64,000 nucleotides of DNA from Lepidodermella squamata (lineage: Eukaryota > Animalia > Gastrotricha), in NCBI GenBank assembly GCA_047495785.1, contig JBLDXI010000012.1, positions 186,001 to 250,000 on the forward strand, given 5' to 3'. Shown one piece after another: positions 12,603 through 24,467 of the stretch; within the stretch, counting starts at the first letter, position 1, and each line of letters begins with the position of its first letter. The notes beneath the pieces are model-generated. The model saw only the letters and a program-made list of their open reading frames with translations. It was not told the DNA's origin and ran no database searches. The position numbers were made by a program, and so were the translations under genes.

Positions 12603-12857
12603 TCAAGCTCTGATGTAGTAGACCACCTTTCCTGTTCTGTCCAGCATTTTCAGGGCGGCTGGGACATTGCGAGCTCTGAAGAAGGGTCGAGTAGTTGTAG
12701 TAGTTGTTGTAGTTGCTTCAACGATTGGCTCAGGAGGCGTCGTCTTCACTGGAAACGGGCCGAGTCGCACGTCATTCAACTCGGCAGACTCCGAGTCGTG
12801 ATCCCATGCTTGGATGACAGTTACAGCTAAAACGAAGAAAAACAATTGCCGAAGCAT
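12603..12857 (-). CDS. Secreted peptide precursor, VPAA family
   Basis: Signal peptide MLRQLFFFVLAVTVIQA; poly-Thr; ARNVPAALKML; TATAAAA ~60 nt upstream. Confidence 0.85.
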   Translation of the reverse strand: MLRQLFFFVLAVTVIQAWDHDSESAELNDVRLGPFPVKTTPPEPIVEATTTTTTTTRPFFRARNVPAALKMLDRTGKVVYYIRA

Positions 12858-13113
12858 TTTTTTGCGCCAATCTGAAAAAAAATTGAATTCGCACCGGTTT
12901 TCTATTCGTCCTCTTTTATATTAAGTCGGGGCGGTCTTATAATCAAAGCTTCCGCTTAGCCCACTTGCATAAATGACCGCGACGCTTAGATAATTCCATA
13001 ATAACGCATGGGCGATAATTGGAAAAGGATTCGCATTATTTATCAAGAAAAAAATGTGTGTCAAAAATGCGTTTTATTTTATTATAATATTTTTTTTCAT
13101 ATGCAAGTATGGT

Positions 13114-13344
13114 TTAGTAACGATGGTGATGCTTCCGGTATTGCGGGGTTAAATTGCGTTGATACTCCTCGTCATCGGTCAGACTCCTCTCCGGCAGTTT
13201 TCGATGCTTTCGCCACGATAACGGAAGGAAGATGCGACTTGCAAATTCAGCCATGTCGTCCTCGTCCGAATCTTCAATCGGCCGGCTTGAAGCAATGTCC
13301 CACAATAGAATGATAAGGAGGGAAATTATAATACAAATTTTCAT
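13114..13344 (-). CDS. Secreted precursor, acidic spacer plus cationic/His-rich peptides
   Basis: Signal peptide MKICIIISLLIILLWDIASS; EDSDEDD..WRKHRK..DDEE..RKHHHRY. Confidence 0.85.
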   Translation of the reverse strand: MKICIIISLLIILLWDIASSRPIEDSDEDDMAEFASRIFLPLSWRKHRKLPERSLTDDEEYQRNLTPQYRKHHHRY

Positions 13345-13569
13345 TTTTTCAGCTGAAATAAATGTGATTTAAGAACATTTTTTACTGGCGCCACGGCCCT
13401 CAGGGTGCTGTTCGGTCATTCTTTCGCTATTTCGTGACGAGATGTTTTTCTCATGCGTCATCATGACTGACCACCGACTCAAGAGACATGGTGTCTTTAA
13501 TATATTATTTATTTTTTTGATATTATTTTATTATACCATTCGTCAGCAAAATATGAGGATGCACTGCTG

Positions 13570-13881
13570 TTACTCATCGAGTTCATCGTAAGCTGAAATG
13601 AACTGGGCGAGATTGTTAGCCAGAAAAGTCGGGGATGAAGATCGTTTCGGGACCCAGAGCGTTTTCGCAGCAGCCGGGACGAACTTGGGCCGGTAAACCA
13701 CTTGAGCCGCCTCAGCGGAAGGATTTTGCGCCGCTGAGACGACGATTACCGGCTTTGGATTTCTCATCAGGCGAGGGTCGTCGAATTCTGAATCCTCATC
13801 CTCATGTGCCCATCCTTGAACCAGTGCCACAGAAGCTGCCAGGAAATAAGCGAAGAATAATAAGGTGAAGAATCTAGCCAT
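13570..13881 (-). CDS. Secreted peptide precursor, VPAA family
   Basis: ATG at 13881; signal peptide MARFFTLLFFAYFLAASVALVQG; PKFVPAAAKTL. Confidence 0.85.
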   Translation of the reverse strand: MARFFTLLFFAYFLAASVALVQGWAHEDEDSEFDDPRLMRNPKPVIVVSAAQNPSAEAAQVVYRPKFVPAAAKTLWVPKRSSSPTFLANNLAQFISAYDELDE

Positions 13882-15351
13882 ATTGTATAAATTAGGTAAA
13901 AAACAAGGTGGATAGATTTTCGTTATGCAGCTACTGTGTGCTCTCTCAATCGCTATAAGAGTCAACAGCAGACGTTTTCCGAAAATACATATCACCCACT
14001 TCCGGAACAGGTGCGAGCGTGCGTTTTATACGTCGCTCGCATTAAATCGGTCTGGACGTGAGCGTAATTTCCCCTCGCGGAGCCCACCTACCTCATTTCA
14101 TTAGTTGTGCGTGCCGCATCACGCAAATCGTGCCGACTGCTCAAATTATTGTCGCATGACTCGTCGTGTCAATACGTGACCGGATGTCAACCGGCCAGGG
14201 ACTCGAAATTCGATATTAATCTAGCGCCATTAATTATTATGATATACAACAGACAAGTTGTCGACGTCGTGATTTGGCTTCAAGTCATCGGTGATGACGA
14301 CAAAAAAATAATTGAATTATAAAAAGTAAAACGTAGCTGACCGTTAATGAGTGACGAATCTGTCGAATTTTGTAGATACAAGTTTGTCGACTTGGAAAAG
14401 AAGGAATGTTGGTGTGATTGGCATTCACCTAGATGTTTTAGATCTTCAGGATGCTCCCGTCCACCTCAAAAGTGAGATGCCAACAGTGTCGCCAAGAAGT
14501 GAAGCCAAATCGATTACTGTTAAGTATCTAGCGAAGTTCCTCACCTTTTGAATCTTGAATAGAATATAAAGTGCGTGGGAATAAATTAATCGCATGCAGA
14601 GAGAGGCGGATTATCCACTTGTGTAAAAACATCAGAAATAGTAATGCCATCATTTTATATAGAGTAGTAGAAATCCCTAATTTCGGCCACTTCCTAAATT
14701 CGCCGGCTGAGACCCAATTTTTTAGACCTAATTTAGACGAAATGCTACGCAGCAGTTTATTATTTTTGCATGAAACAAAAAATTAGTTTTTTGCGCTAAT
14801 CTGTTTCATGATTTTTCAAGCGCGTGATCGTAAAAAAAATTCGCAAATGGGTGCGGGGGTTCATGCCGTTACATGTGAAGTCAATGAATAGCTCACAGGT
14901 AAAGCACCAAAGACGAATTTAACGGTATCAAACTTGAGGCAGCCAGTTCCCTAATTTCGGCCAGGAGTCCAAGTTACTAAATTAGCCAGCGGCAGGTAAA
15001 ATCGTCCAGATTTGCGGAAACCGGCATTCAGTTACTTCTTCTATACCTAATTCTGTATTTGCCAACAAATTAAAAAAAATTCACCCGAGTGGCAAAGCAG
15101 GGTAAACCAAAAAATGGCCGAATTTATGGCTAATTTTCAATCTTCCGATGGTTAACTTTTCCCAGCTCTTAGCTCCATTTTTATATCGTTTGACTCATCG
15201 TTTAACGATACCGGATACAAAACAAATTTTGCTAAAATCCAATTTTGCCTGTCAATGGTCAATTTACTTAGTTTGGCTATAATTATAAGCGCGCAATCAA
15301 AGGTCATCAATATTGTCTTTAAAAAAAGTCCGATTATTTTCGCCAAAATTT

Positions 15352-15870
15352 TCAGATGAACCTATCCGCCGCTGGCGTGAAAACGTAGAACGAGCCTTCG
15401 GTAGGGCCGGCAGTGTGATGATGACGCGGCTGAGGCCCTCGCAGTACATACCGAATCGGGCCTGTTCGCGGCTTTGCCACCGTGATATCGCCGCTCTTTT
15501 TCGATATCAGGAAATCATTACCATTCGCCACGTATTTCGCCTCGAAATCATCCGGCTCGATCAGGAAAATTGTATTATCGTCATCGTCGTCTTCAATTAT
15601 GTTCTTCAAGTAAGGACTGCTATCAGCAATTAGGTACTCCTCATCCAGGGGCGAGTAGGTAGGACCGTTATCTTCGAATGAATCGTATTCAGGATAGACC
15701 TCGGGCGATCGTTTCATTAGCAGATGATACAGATCGTCAGGGTTACCAATCGGCTGTCTGGCTGGTCGGAAGCTACTGACTCGACCTGACGGGCCAAACG
15801 GCTGTCTGATGAAGAAGGCCGATGCGCAGCCGATGACACTGAGTAAAATTGGGGTTGAAAAAGACAGCAT
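15352..15870 (-). CDS. Secreted acidic precursor
   Basis: Signal peptide MLSFSTPILLSVIGCASA; KR and KK sites; poly-Asp. Confidence 0.85.
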   Translation of the reverse strand: MLSFSTPILLSVIGCASAFFIRQPFGPSGRVSSFRPARQPIGNPDDLYHLLMKRSPEVYPEYDSFEDNGPTYSPLDEEYLIADSSPYLKNIIEDDDDDNTIFLIEPDDFEAKYVANGNDFLISKKSGDITVAKPRTGPIRYVLRGPQPRHHHTAGPTEGSFYVFTPAADRFI

Positions 15871-16058
15871 TTTCGAGGTAAGAAAAACGAAAAATGGTCT
15901 TTTTCACTGAATCTTAGTTCGGGGAAACTTGATAATCCCCAAGGCTAATCCTTTACCTTTGACTTATTCCCGTTCGAACGTAATTAACAAAGACATCCTT
16001 CCTCAGTTTATTTGAGTTCAACGACAAAAAAGTACAAAAATAAGATTAAAAAAACTGC

Positions 16059-16541
16059 TCAAGACGGCTGTGGGCCGAGGATTAGTTCCGTGAACTCGTC
16101 CTGAGTAACCTTGTCGTAATTATCAAGCGAGGACGGCTTGCGCTGGTCTCGCTTTAGAAATCGATAAGTCACATGATTGCGAATTTCGCGATTACGCGTT
16201 TTAACCCATTCAGCCTTGCCCGATAAATCGTCATCGTCTATCATCGTCGCGATAATTCGCCGATCTCGGTCGAAGTAGAGTTCGCCATTCAACTCGTCCG
16301 GGTCAATTGGACCCTGGAACAACTCGGCGTCTTCGTCATCGTCATCATCTTCATCCTCATCGTCGTAAGTTGATGACGCCAGCCTATTTGCACCTTCATT
16401 AGGTTCAACATCGTTCGAACCTCCCCCAGCTTCTGCCAATCCGTGCCGTTGTTGAAAATGCCGCTCTGGATGAGGGACCGGCTGAAAGCTGAGACTGATA
16501 AGAAAAATGAATTTTACAAAAATAAAACGGTGTAAAACCAT
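16059..16541 (-). CDS. Secreted acidic precursor
   Basis: Hydrophobic N-terminus FIFVKFIFLISLS; long D/E tract; RRR and KR sites. Confidence 0.75.
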   Translation of the reverse strand: MVLHRFIFVKFIFLISLSFQPVPHPERHFQQRHGLAEAGGGSNDVEPNEGANRLASSTYDDEDEDDDDDEDAELFQGPIDPDELNGELYFDRDRRIIATMIDDDDLSGKAEWVKTRNREIRNHVTYRFLKRDQRKPSSLDNYDKVTQDEFTELILGPQPS

Positions 16542-16999
16542 CTAAATTTCGAAAAAATCCATCTTAATTTTTTATAGCCAGCAAAATGAAAAATTAGGTC
16601 AGCAAAATAAAGCGCAGTAAAATCATCAAAAATAAAAAAAAATTCATCTTAATTTTGCTGTAACCAGAAATGAATGCTTTTCCTCTTCTACGCTCGAAAT
16701 AGCGTTTACGATGCACGGTGATTTGCGAAGAATGTTATATAGACATCTCAGCATATCCGCCAGCCGTAATATTAGTCATAAATCATAAAAAAAATCTGTA
16801 ACCCAGCAAATATACCGCTCGCACCATAAAAGTGCGCGCACTATACGCGTGTTAACGTCCTGGAAATATTATTTTTATTATCCCGTGAATGCGCATCGGC
16901 GTTTAATATATTTAATACAACATATATACAGGATGGTGAGCCATTATAAGTACGAAAATTACACACATTCAAGAAAGCATAAGTATGCGTTTTCTGCCT

Positions 17000-17233
17000 T
17001 CATTCTATCGGCGAGAGTCTGGCATTATCGAGAAATGTTCGCCAATTAATCAGACGGATCGGAGCAGCTTTGCTGTTGTACGTTCCAATAGCATCTCTTC
17101 CTGACAGTAGGCCTCTTTTCACTGCTAAGATTTGGCGAAGATTACCCTCATAGACATCAGCCGATGGAGCCTGCCATGCATTGGCTGTCAAAGCCAGGGT
17201 GACTACAAAAAAGGTTAAAATCAAAGCCCTCAT
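17000..17233 (-). CDS. Secreted peptide precursor
   Basis: Signal peptide MRALILTFFVVTLALTANA; KR site. Confidence 0.85.
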   Translation of the reverse strand: MRALILTFFVVTLALTANAWQAPSADVYEGNLRQILAVKRGLLSGRDAIGTYNSKAAPIRLINWRTFLDNARLSPIE

Positions 17234-17792
17234 GTTATCCTAAAAAAATTAAAATTGGATAAAACTTTTATCCACTTTGATGAAAGCTGAAAGCTGATGA
17301 AGTGAAATACAAATTGTAGTGAGGTTACTCCCTTGAGAAAAATTGTTTGCTCATCGGATGAGTGAGTGTCCTCTAACCAGGGTTTTGAAGTGTCACATGG
17401 GGCCTCTCTCTCGCTCTCAATCACGTTGTGAGCCATTTCGAGCATTAATTGCATTAGATTTATAGGTCATGGAAAATTTACCCTGGCGTGAAATTGCGAT
17501 AACAATGTAGCTACGATGCCAAATGCAATCATCTGCCTAGTAAATCCAAGGTCTTAAATCTTTTGACCGCGGTCCAGAGCGTTTTCCGGATTAATTTAGT
17601 TTTTCGCATTTGCGCGTTAATCCGGATCGATTGGCTACATTCTACATTCTCACTTGGACTGAAAAATGTTAAATTTCGCGATTTGTATTTTTCTTTATTT
17701 TTAAGTGCGGTGATATTAATTTTTCAAGTTAAATCTAAGAAATAACTGTCACTCTATAGAAATCGCGGCCCGTTTGTCAGCTGTAATCGCTT

Positions 17793-17984
17793 TCAGACAA
17801 ACATGTTCTTGATGATGCGTTGGCGAATGTTGACCGGGACCGGAATGATCGGTTCATCGCCTTCGAAATTCGAGCTAGCCTTCGGCTTGGTTCGCACCGT
17901 CTCGCCGTAACGAGCTTCGGCTGAGAAGAAGAAAACAGCCGACAGGACCATCATAGCCAGAAAAATGACATTGAAGCACTTCAT
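17793..17984 (-). CDS. Secreted peptide, EARY family
   Basis: aaaATG at 17984; signal peptide ending AEA then RYGET. Confidence 0.85.
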   Translation of the reverse strand: MKCFNVIFLAMMVLSAVFFFSAEARYGETVRTKPKASSNFEGDEPIIPVPVNIRQRIIKNMFV

Positions 17985-18974
17985 TTTCGAAAATTTCGCA
18001 GTTGGATCAAAATACAAAAGAAAATTCTAGAAAAATCGAAAAATAGAGAATGGCTGTTGAATTGTCTAACTATTGGTTTCTAGCTAATGTTTTCTCGGCA
18101 ATCAAAAAACCGCTTGAAACAGATGCGCATTAGAAATATATTATTGACACGATTGGGAAAATAGAGTGAGATAATATCTTTGAATGACTGCGCAATGGAT
18201 ATAAAATATTGATATAATGGACTTTGCGTCACAAAATATCGAAACGTCCCACTGATTTTGTTTTTCATTACCCGAGATTTTCGTTCTGGATGATGAGGAT
18301 TTCAGAACGACGACGCTCTGTGGGTGTTCACGTTATAATATAGATTCGTTTGAATTAAAAGCCGCAATAAAAGGCGCGTATACTATCACGCGATCAGGAT
18401 GATTTTTTTTTCGCGCACCACAAGCGGCAAGTTAATTAACAACGCGGCTAGCCTGAAAGCTGATAATCTTGCAATTTGCATCGATTGGTAACGCACTGAA
18501 AATGAATCAATGGAAAAAAATACTGGGCCTGCGATTAAACTATAAGTGAAGGGTGAATATAAAGCGAAGCGGTGGTGGGGAAAGCTTCAAGAAATTTCCA
18601 TCCATCGGAAGTTCACCTCACTGCGTCATTGCCCGGCAGGAAATATATACTTAACACGCTATAGGATTTGTTTACTTCTGGTAGCTCTCAAAATTAAGCA
18701 CGACAAGCTCTTAATTTATATCAAAAGCTATAAAACGTGGTTTGATTTTTTTCAAACCCGACTTTCGGCTTCTCATTTCCGGATTAGACGATTTGGACAA
18801 AAATTCAGCTCGCAGGGTGGTAATTTCCTTATGTCCGTCTGATAAATAAGTCAAGCGTGGTGAGGCGTGATAATTTTCAGGGTCATTTTTCCTGCAGTTT
18901 TATTAATCATATTAAAGGTAGTGCAAAAACTACTGCAGAATTAGAGTCTAGACAATGTCTGGGCGATTCGTTGC

Positions 18975-19247
18975 CTAGCTTCGCTTAGGCTTAATCGCTT
19001 TGCCGTAACGAGATCGTTCCACATAAATCCTGCGATTCATTACTTCGTCCAAGTCATCGTCATTCTCAGCATTTCTGAGAGCCGATCGCCAAGCCTTCGG
19101 GTTGACCTTGGTTTCCGGACCAACCGAAGCCAGAGGTGCATCATCCAGTTCCCGCCACAGGGTCTCGGCATACCGAGCTTCAGCCATAGCTACAATAACC
19201 ATCAAGGCGATGAAGAGAATCTGCATAATTTTCAAGGTTGCCTGCAT
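18975..19247 (-). CDS. Secreted precursor, EARY family, with RYamide candidate
   Basis: Signal peptide ending AEA then RYAET; RR-IYVERSRY-GK; alternative start at 19226. Confidence 0.85.
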   Translation of the reverse strand: MQATLKIMQILFIALMVIVAMAEARYAETLWRELDDAPLASVGPETKVNPKAWRSALRNAENDDDLDEVMNRRIYVERSRYGKAIKPKRS

Positions 19248-19582
19248 TCCAGATGCTAATTCGTAAAATTCTGCGGTAAAATTTGAACTTCGCCGCCGAA
19301 ATTCGACTTCGCTTAAGAAGCGGATGTATGAAGACCACTTGAGTTGGCGATGTATTCAAAGCCGAGATTATGACAAAAAAATGAATTCTCATTACAGCCA
19401 AGCAGGAAAATGGGTTTTTTGTCCCTGGAGGCCACCATTGGCAGAATCCAGAAATATCGTAGGAGTTTGAATAGCTTGGCTTTTCATTAAAGTCAAAAGG
19501 GGTCAAACTTGAAAAACTTTTATTAACGGTTAAAATAACGATATATAATTAAATGTTATTAGCAGTTCATTATAGAAGAAGT

Positions 19583-19945
19583 TCACATGAGTTCAGCCAA
19601 ATTGCCTCGATGACCTTTCGGCAATTTACGGTAATCTTTTTTCTTTTTCAGCGAATTTTTCTCACGAACACCTTGCCCGGCCTGCAGTTGATGCAACTTG
19701 CTGTTAGTAATGCCGGCCATTGTATCGCTATTTGCTCCATATCGCTCTTCGTAAGTGGCTTGAAGCTTTCGAAGCATTTTAACCATCGAAGCTTTTGTGG
19801 CCGCCGAGGGGCGAAGGGGGTTGCCCTTGGTGTCTACCTCGTCGACATCGTCCCTGAAAGCTTCAGCATAACGAGGCTCAGCTAGGTGAATAGTAGCTAA
19901 AACCACGATAGTAGTCAAAGATAGAAGTCGATAAATTTTTTTCAT
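19583..19945 (-). CDS. Secreted precursor, EARY family
   Basis: Signal peptide MKKIYRLLSLTTIVVLATIHLAEP then RYAEA. Confidence 0.85.
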   Translation of the reverse strand: MKKIYRLLSLTTIVVLATIHLAEPRYAEAFRDDVDEVDTKGNPLRPSAATKASMVKMLRKLQATYEERYGANSDTMAGITNSKLHQLQAGQGVREKNSLKKKKDYRKLPKGHRGNLAELM

Positions 19946-20421
19946 CTTGCCGATTTAAACATGAAACTTTGAGTCATAATGCCACCTCTGACAAAAATGC
20001 ATGCCTACATACTTCCGTAGATGAGCGTATCGGAAGTTTCATTTGTTTAAGGCGTGAATTTTATCTCGCACTAGGAACTTCCTATCCTCCGCATTCTTCC
20101 CTACATGACGATAACATATGATCCATCCATATACTCAGTATAATGAAATATGCTGCGAAAACAATGTCAAATAACACGGAGAATAGCAGCAGTTGTTTCC
20201 CCGCATGCCAGTGCGATTGTGATGGTCATTTAGCGTGATATGAAGTGCTGCTTTCCAGACGTACTTGGCACAACCATACCCAAAATCGATGCGAATAGTG
20301 ACACCCACACTTTTCCGCGTAGGATTGGGCGCTGTTTGCCAATTTATTCTTATATATGGAACGATAAGAAAAATAATTAGTCTCATTTCAATTCTTTTTT
20401 AATTCGGGAATAAATTCGAAA

Positions 20422-20619
20422 ATGCGAGCATATTTTGCGATTTTATTGCTAATCGTCGCCATGGCAACTTGCGTTCAAAGCGATCCGATAGTCTTAGTGA
20501 GGCTGCCAGGAGCTGGCGTCGACGAGCTGGTTGAGGATGACATCAATGATGATGACGTCTACGACTTTCGAGGCACTGAAGACGTTAATAACCGATTTAT
20601 GAATATTTTATTAAGGTGA
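20422..20619 (+). CDS. Secreted acidic peptide (V[YF]DF..ED..NN.R.M.ILL pair)
   Basis: aaaATG; signal peptide MRAYFAILLLIVAMATCVQS. Confidence 0.85.
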   Translation: MRAYFAILLLIVAMATCVQSDPIVLVRLPGAGVDELVEDDINDDDVYDFRGTEDVNNRFMNILLR

Positions 20620-21437
20620 CCTACTTTTGGTTGTTAATTGAGCCATTATCACTGCGTGCAAAAAATCACGCTTTGCGACAACTGTAATACAAAAATGCGG
20701 GTCATATTTATAATAAGCTATCGCAGTAATTCTGTTCTAATGTAACTGATCAATTCTCGTTCTTCTCTTTACAAGACAAATCGCTGGAATAAAAATAAAT
20801 TGTTTCGAGTGGCAACCAGTGAAAATTATTTGCGGTAATTGGCATCTGATCGGCCGTAATGTCGGCTTAGCTGATTGCTGACTTTCAGACATCTATCCCT
20901 CTTCGAACTGCAGCTATTTCATCCCCTATTTGGCTGAGTCCAGTGTTGATAAGTTTTGAGAATCTAACCTTTTCTGTTCGATTTTTAGAAGCTTTGTTTT
21001 GCTTCCAACCGGCTTTTACATTGGAAAAGTCCTATGTTGAAAGATTTTTCGTTACTCAGGGTAGATTCCTTACCTCAAAAAGGTCCAAGCATGAGCATCG
21101 ACTATTGAATTTTCTCATTTTCAGGGGATAGACCAAAGCCGCACTTCAAATTGAGGATTCCAGCACTGAATTTCCCTACATCATCTACATTTCGAGATTT
21201 TCGTGGTACCGAATAAGCTCTCGAACTTTTGATTCTCAAGAGCATTTGTTAATCCTGCGTAGCTGATATCGATTTCGAATATCGAAATCACGAAATTTTT
21301 CCGAAATCACGAAGGAAGCCTAAACCGGAGACAGGAAAATTATTGTCTGCCTTCCTGAGGGTAAAATATCCTATACCGGTTCATATCATGATCAAATTTT
21401 ATTTGAAAATAGCGCTAATAAACTAAAAATGATGTGG

Positions 21438-21680
21438 TTATAATAGTATGCTCATGAGGCGGCCGTTGTTCGCCATGTCTTCACTGTCCCAGAAGTCGAA
21501 AACAGTTTCATCTTCGCCATCGGTTTGCAGCTGTTTAGCTGCCTCGAGCAAGTCTCGCTTCGCCTCGTTGTCGTACAAGTCGTCAAGACCCTCGTAATCA
21601 GGCACAGGATTCGCCGCATCCAGACGGATTAGGACAATAGCGATCAGTAGTATAATCGCAACGACCAGTCGTTGGAACAT
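21438..21680 (-). CDS. Secreted acidic peptide precursor (pair with 20422)
   Basis: ATG at 21680; signal peptide MFQRLVVAIILLIAIVLIRLDA; KR site. Confidence 0.85.
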   Translation of the reverse strand: MFQRLVVAIILLIAIVLIRLDAANPVPDYEGLDDLYDNEAKRDLLEAAKQLQTDGEDETVFDFWDSEDMANNGRLMSILL

Positions 21681-22138
21681 CGATGAAGAAGAATTTGAAA
21701 ATGTATTGTCCAAAAAATTAAGGATGATATTTTGAAAACCTTTTTCTCTGAATTATATACCGGCCCTCCCCCGTACGCTATAGCCCATATGTTATAGCCC
21801 GTTGAAGTTTAATCGCGCTAATTGCAGAGTTGCGTAAAATTGTTCACTCTCGCCTTCAATTATAACGGCGAAGTCGTATATGATAAGGAAATTGCGTATA
21901 TTTCCTTTGCAAACAGGACATTTTGCGATGGCCGGCTTTTATTTACGCTGGAAAGGAATGCAGATGGTTTCATCAGCTCAAAGTGTCAAGTCCGGGCTTG
22001 AATTTTTTATTTATTTTTCCTATGAGCTATGTCCGATGAGCTATCTTGACATTCACGGCACGTGCGTGGTTATTAAAATAAATTCCTAATCTAAATTTAG
22101 CGCATTATTTTTTTGATCAACTGTCGGTCTCGCAGTGT

Positions 22139-22336
22139 TTACGATTCAACGATTCGGTTTTTTGCCAGCCAGTTGTCCATAAATTTTCTATTGCGGGCGC
22201 GAACGAATCCAAGCGATAGGTCATTATTGGCGTCTTCCCCAGCTACGGCCGCGGCTCCTTCGCTAAATCGACGACCTAGGACGCAGTCGGCAGAAAGTAG
22301 GAAAGCCACGCAGAAAAAAACGAATAAGACCTTCAT
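22139..22336 (-). CDS. Secreted peptide precursor
   Basis: aaaATG at 22336; signal peptide MKVLFVFFCVAFLLSADCVLG. Confidence 0.85.
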   Translation of the reverse strand: MKVLFVFFCVAFLLSADCVLGRRFSEGAAAVAGEDANNDLSLGFVRARNRKFMDNWLAKNRIVES

Positions 22337-24038
22337 TTTATAAAAAAACAAGTGATATTCCGAATCTAAATCATATGAATAATGCAAAAAAAGAAAAAAT
22401 CAGAAAGCCTTATCTGCGATGAACCTTCCTCTTTCTTAATCCTCACGAGACATTTACTCGGGCCAAAAAACCAGGTTGGTAATTAAAAAAAAATCGATTC
22501 CAGGGGACAACGACGATACTTTTATCCAATGCTAATACCATCGCCTTAAATAAGATAGTGAGACAAAAGAGTTCTATTCGGTGAATCCTTTTCATGGCCT
22601 CCTTTACCAAGGTACTATAATTACCCGTTTCGGATAGGCGAATGGCTAGCTTTTAAACAAAAGAAATGAAATGGTGTTGAACAACATGCTTCTGTCTTCT
22701 GTCACTCAGTGAATTAGTGGAACAAGCTCTGAACTAGAGCATCCATAAAAGAATATAAATTCGAATACAAGTTATTATTCTATCTGAGGGTGGCATTTAA
22801 TTCGGAGAATGTCCTATTCTCCAGCCTGGCCGTGATATATTATTTTATCAAATCAATTAGCATTTTTTAGTTATGCCAAACAAGCCATCGCGAGGGAAGA
22901 ATTATTGGCGAAGCGAACATAATTATAATCTTCGCTACAGAGAAAACAGAAAACTGCGACTTTTGAGTGCCACTGCCTCTGCAATCAACAATGTTTTGCG
23001 ATTAAATCAAGTACGATCTGTATGTAATGTCGCATTCTTTTAATTTTCTTCTACACAAATTGCTTTTCGGAATATAAATTAAAGCAGTCAGGCTATATAC
23101 TTCTGTTCGAGCCGCACGACTATCTTTTATTGCTGGATCGAATTGGACGGACAATATGATTCGATTTAATGAGTACTAGAAATTAGTCATGGGCTATTAC
23201 ATTTTTCGTACCAAAATAAATAATGTTTTGACCGCGAGTTCGATTCGAGTATTTGTGCCCAATCAGTGTTCAATATAGATCAAATTTATCACGAATCAAG
23301 GAGGCATGTCAAAAATCTCTGCCGAGCGCTTATTTCATTTATGTAATAATTAAATGGCATCAACTATTCGAATTTAATTAAATTACTTTTTATCATAAAA
23401 AAACAAGTCCTCCTCAATGGAGTCGATCATCAAGTAAACAGGAGACCGCAATATTCAGATTTATTCATGTCCCCAGTCGAAGAGGAGTAACGAAGCTGAA
23501 AATCGATATTAGAAAAATATGACGTTCCGGCAAAAAACTTGAAAGGTTTCCAGGCTCAATCTATTTACAGGTAAGATTGCAAATCAAGTTCTGAGAAAAA
23601 GCCTCCTTTATGTCAGCACTATAATACTGAAATTATCCATGGATTTTCTTCATTTTTTGGCTTCACAATGAGTTATCTAACAGGAATTCACCAGGGAGAA
23701 TCATCATATCCCGCGATCTTAGTGATAACGATCGGGCAAATAGTGTGATATGGAATGCATTTTAATCAGCTTAATCGAATGCCTTGAGGAATTAAACAGC
23801 ATCAAAGATTGGCAACAAAGATTAAACATGCTGTCATTACTGTGATTGCTCGAAAATATGGCCGAAAAAGTGTGAGCACTCAGTCTGCTGAATGTCCTAA
23901 TAGCGCCAAAAGGCAATTAGCTGAAATCGTTTTTGCAAGAAAAACATCATTCATCATTCATAAGTGCAACTCGAACCAGCGAACACTTTCACAAATTTTC
24001 GACACTAAAGCCTAAAGCCTAATTTAAAATTGTTCACC

Positions 24039-24317
24039 ATGAAATTTTTACTCGTCGCCATCCTTTTTTCCTTGTGTATGGTGATGTTCGCCGAGGCTGG
24101 GGGTAACGCCTATTCGCTATTCAACACAGCTTATTCCGACGACGAGGAGGGCTTAGATCCAGCAGCTGAACAGGGCGACTTCGAATCCGAAGACCTACCA
24201 GCATTTTTCCGAACGGCTTTCAACTTTGACGAAGAAGGCGGCAGGGCGAAACGCTTCAGCTTCAACAGCGATCGCAAGTCAAAAGTTGTCGTGCGTCAAA
24301 AATTCGACAGGTCATAA
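24039..24317 (+). CDS. Secreted precursor, acidic pro-region + RAKR + basic peptide
   Basis: accATG at 24039; signal peptide MKFLLVAILFSLCMVMFAEA; furin-type RAKR. Confidence 0.88.
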   Translation: MKFLLVAILFSLCMVMFAEAGGNAYSLFNTAYSDDEEGLDPAAEQGDFESEDLPAFFRTAFNFDEEGGRAKRFSFNSDRKSKVVVRQKFDRS

Positions 24318-24467
24318 AATGTCATTTTATTCGAAACTGACAACAAAAACCGGTGAAAATGACGCCATTTATTTAGGCTGAATGCTGAGACTATTTTAAA
24401 GCTAACACTAGTTATATATAATTTATCGCAATAAAAATTCGGTTTTTATTTGTCCAGTTTTCCTTTC

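Noticed and set aside
14660-15140. Possible decayed DNA-transposon fragment (CCCTAATTTCGGCCA twice plus an inverted partial copy)
   Set aside because: Termini and target-site duplication could not be defined
16552-16673. Short diverged direct repeat upstream of gene 16059
   Set aside because: AT-rich, only two copies, no supportable function
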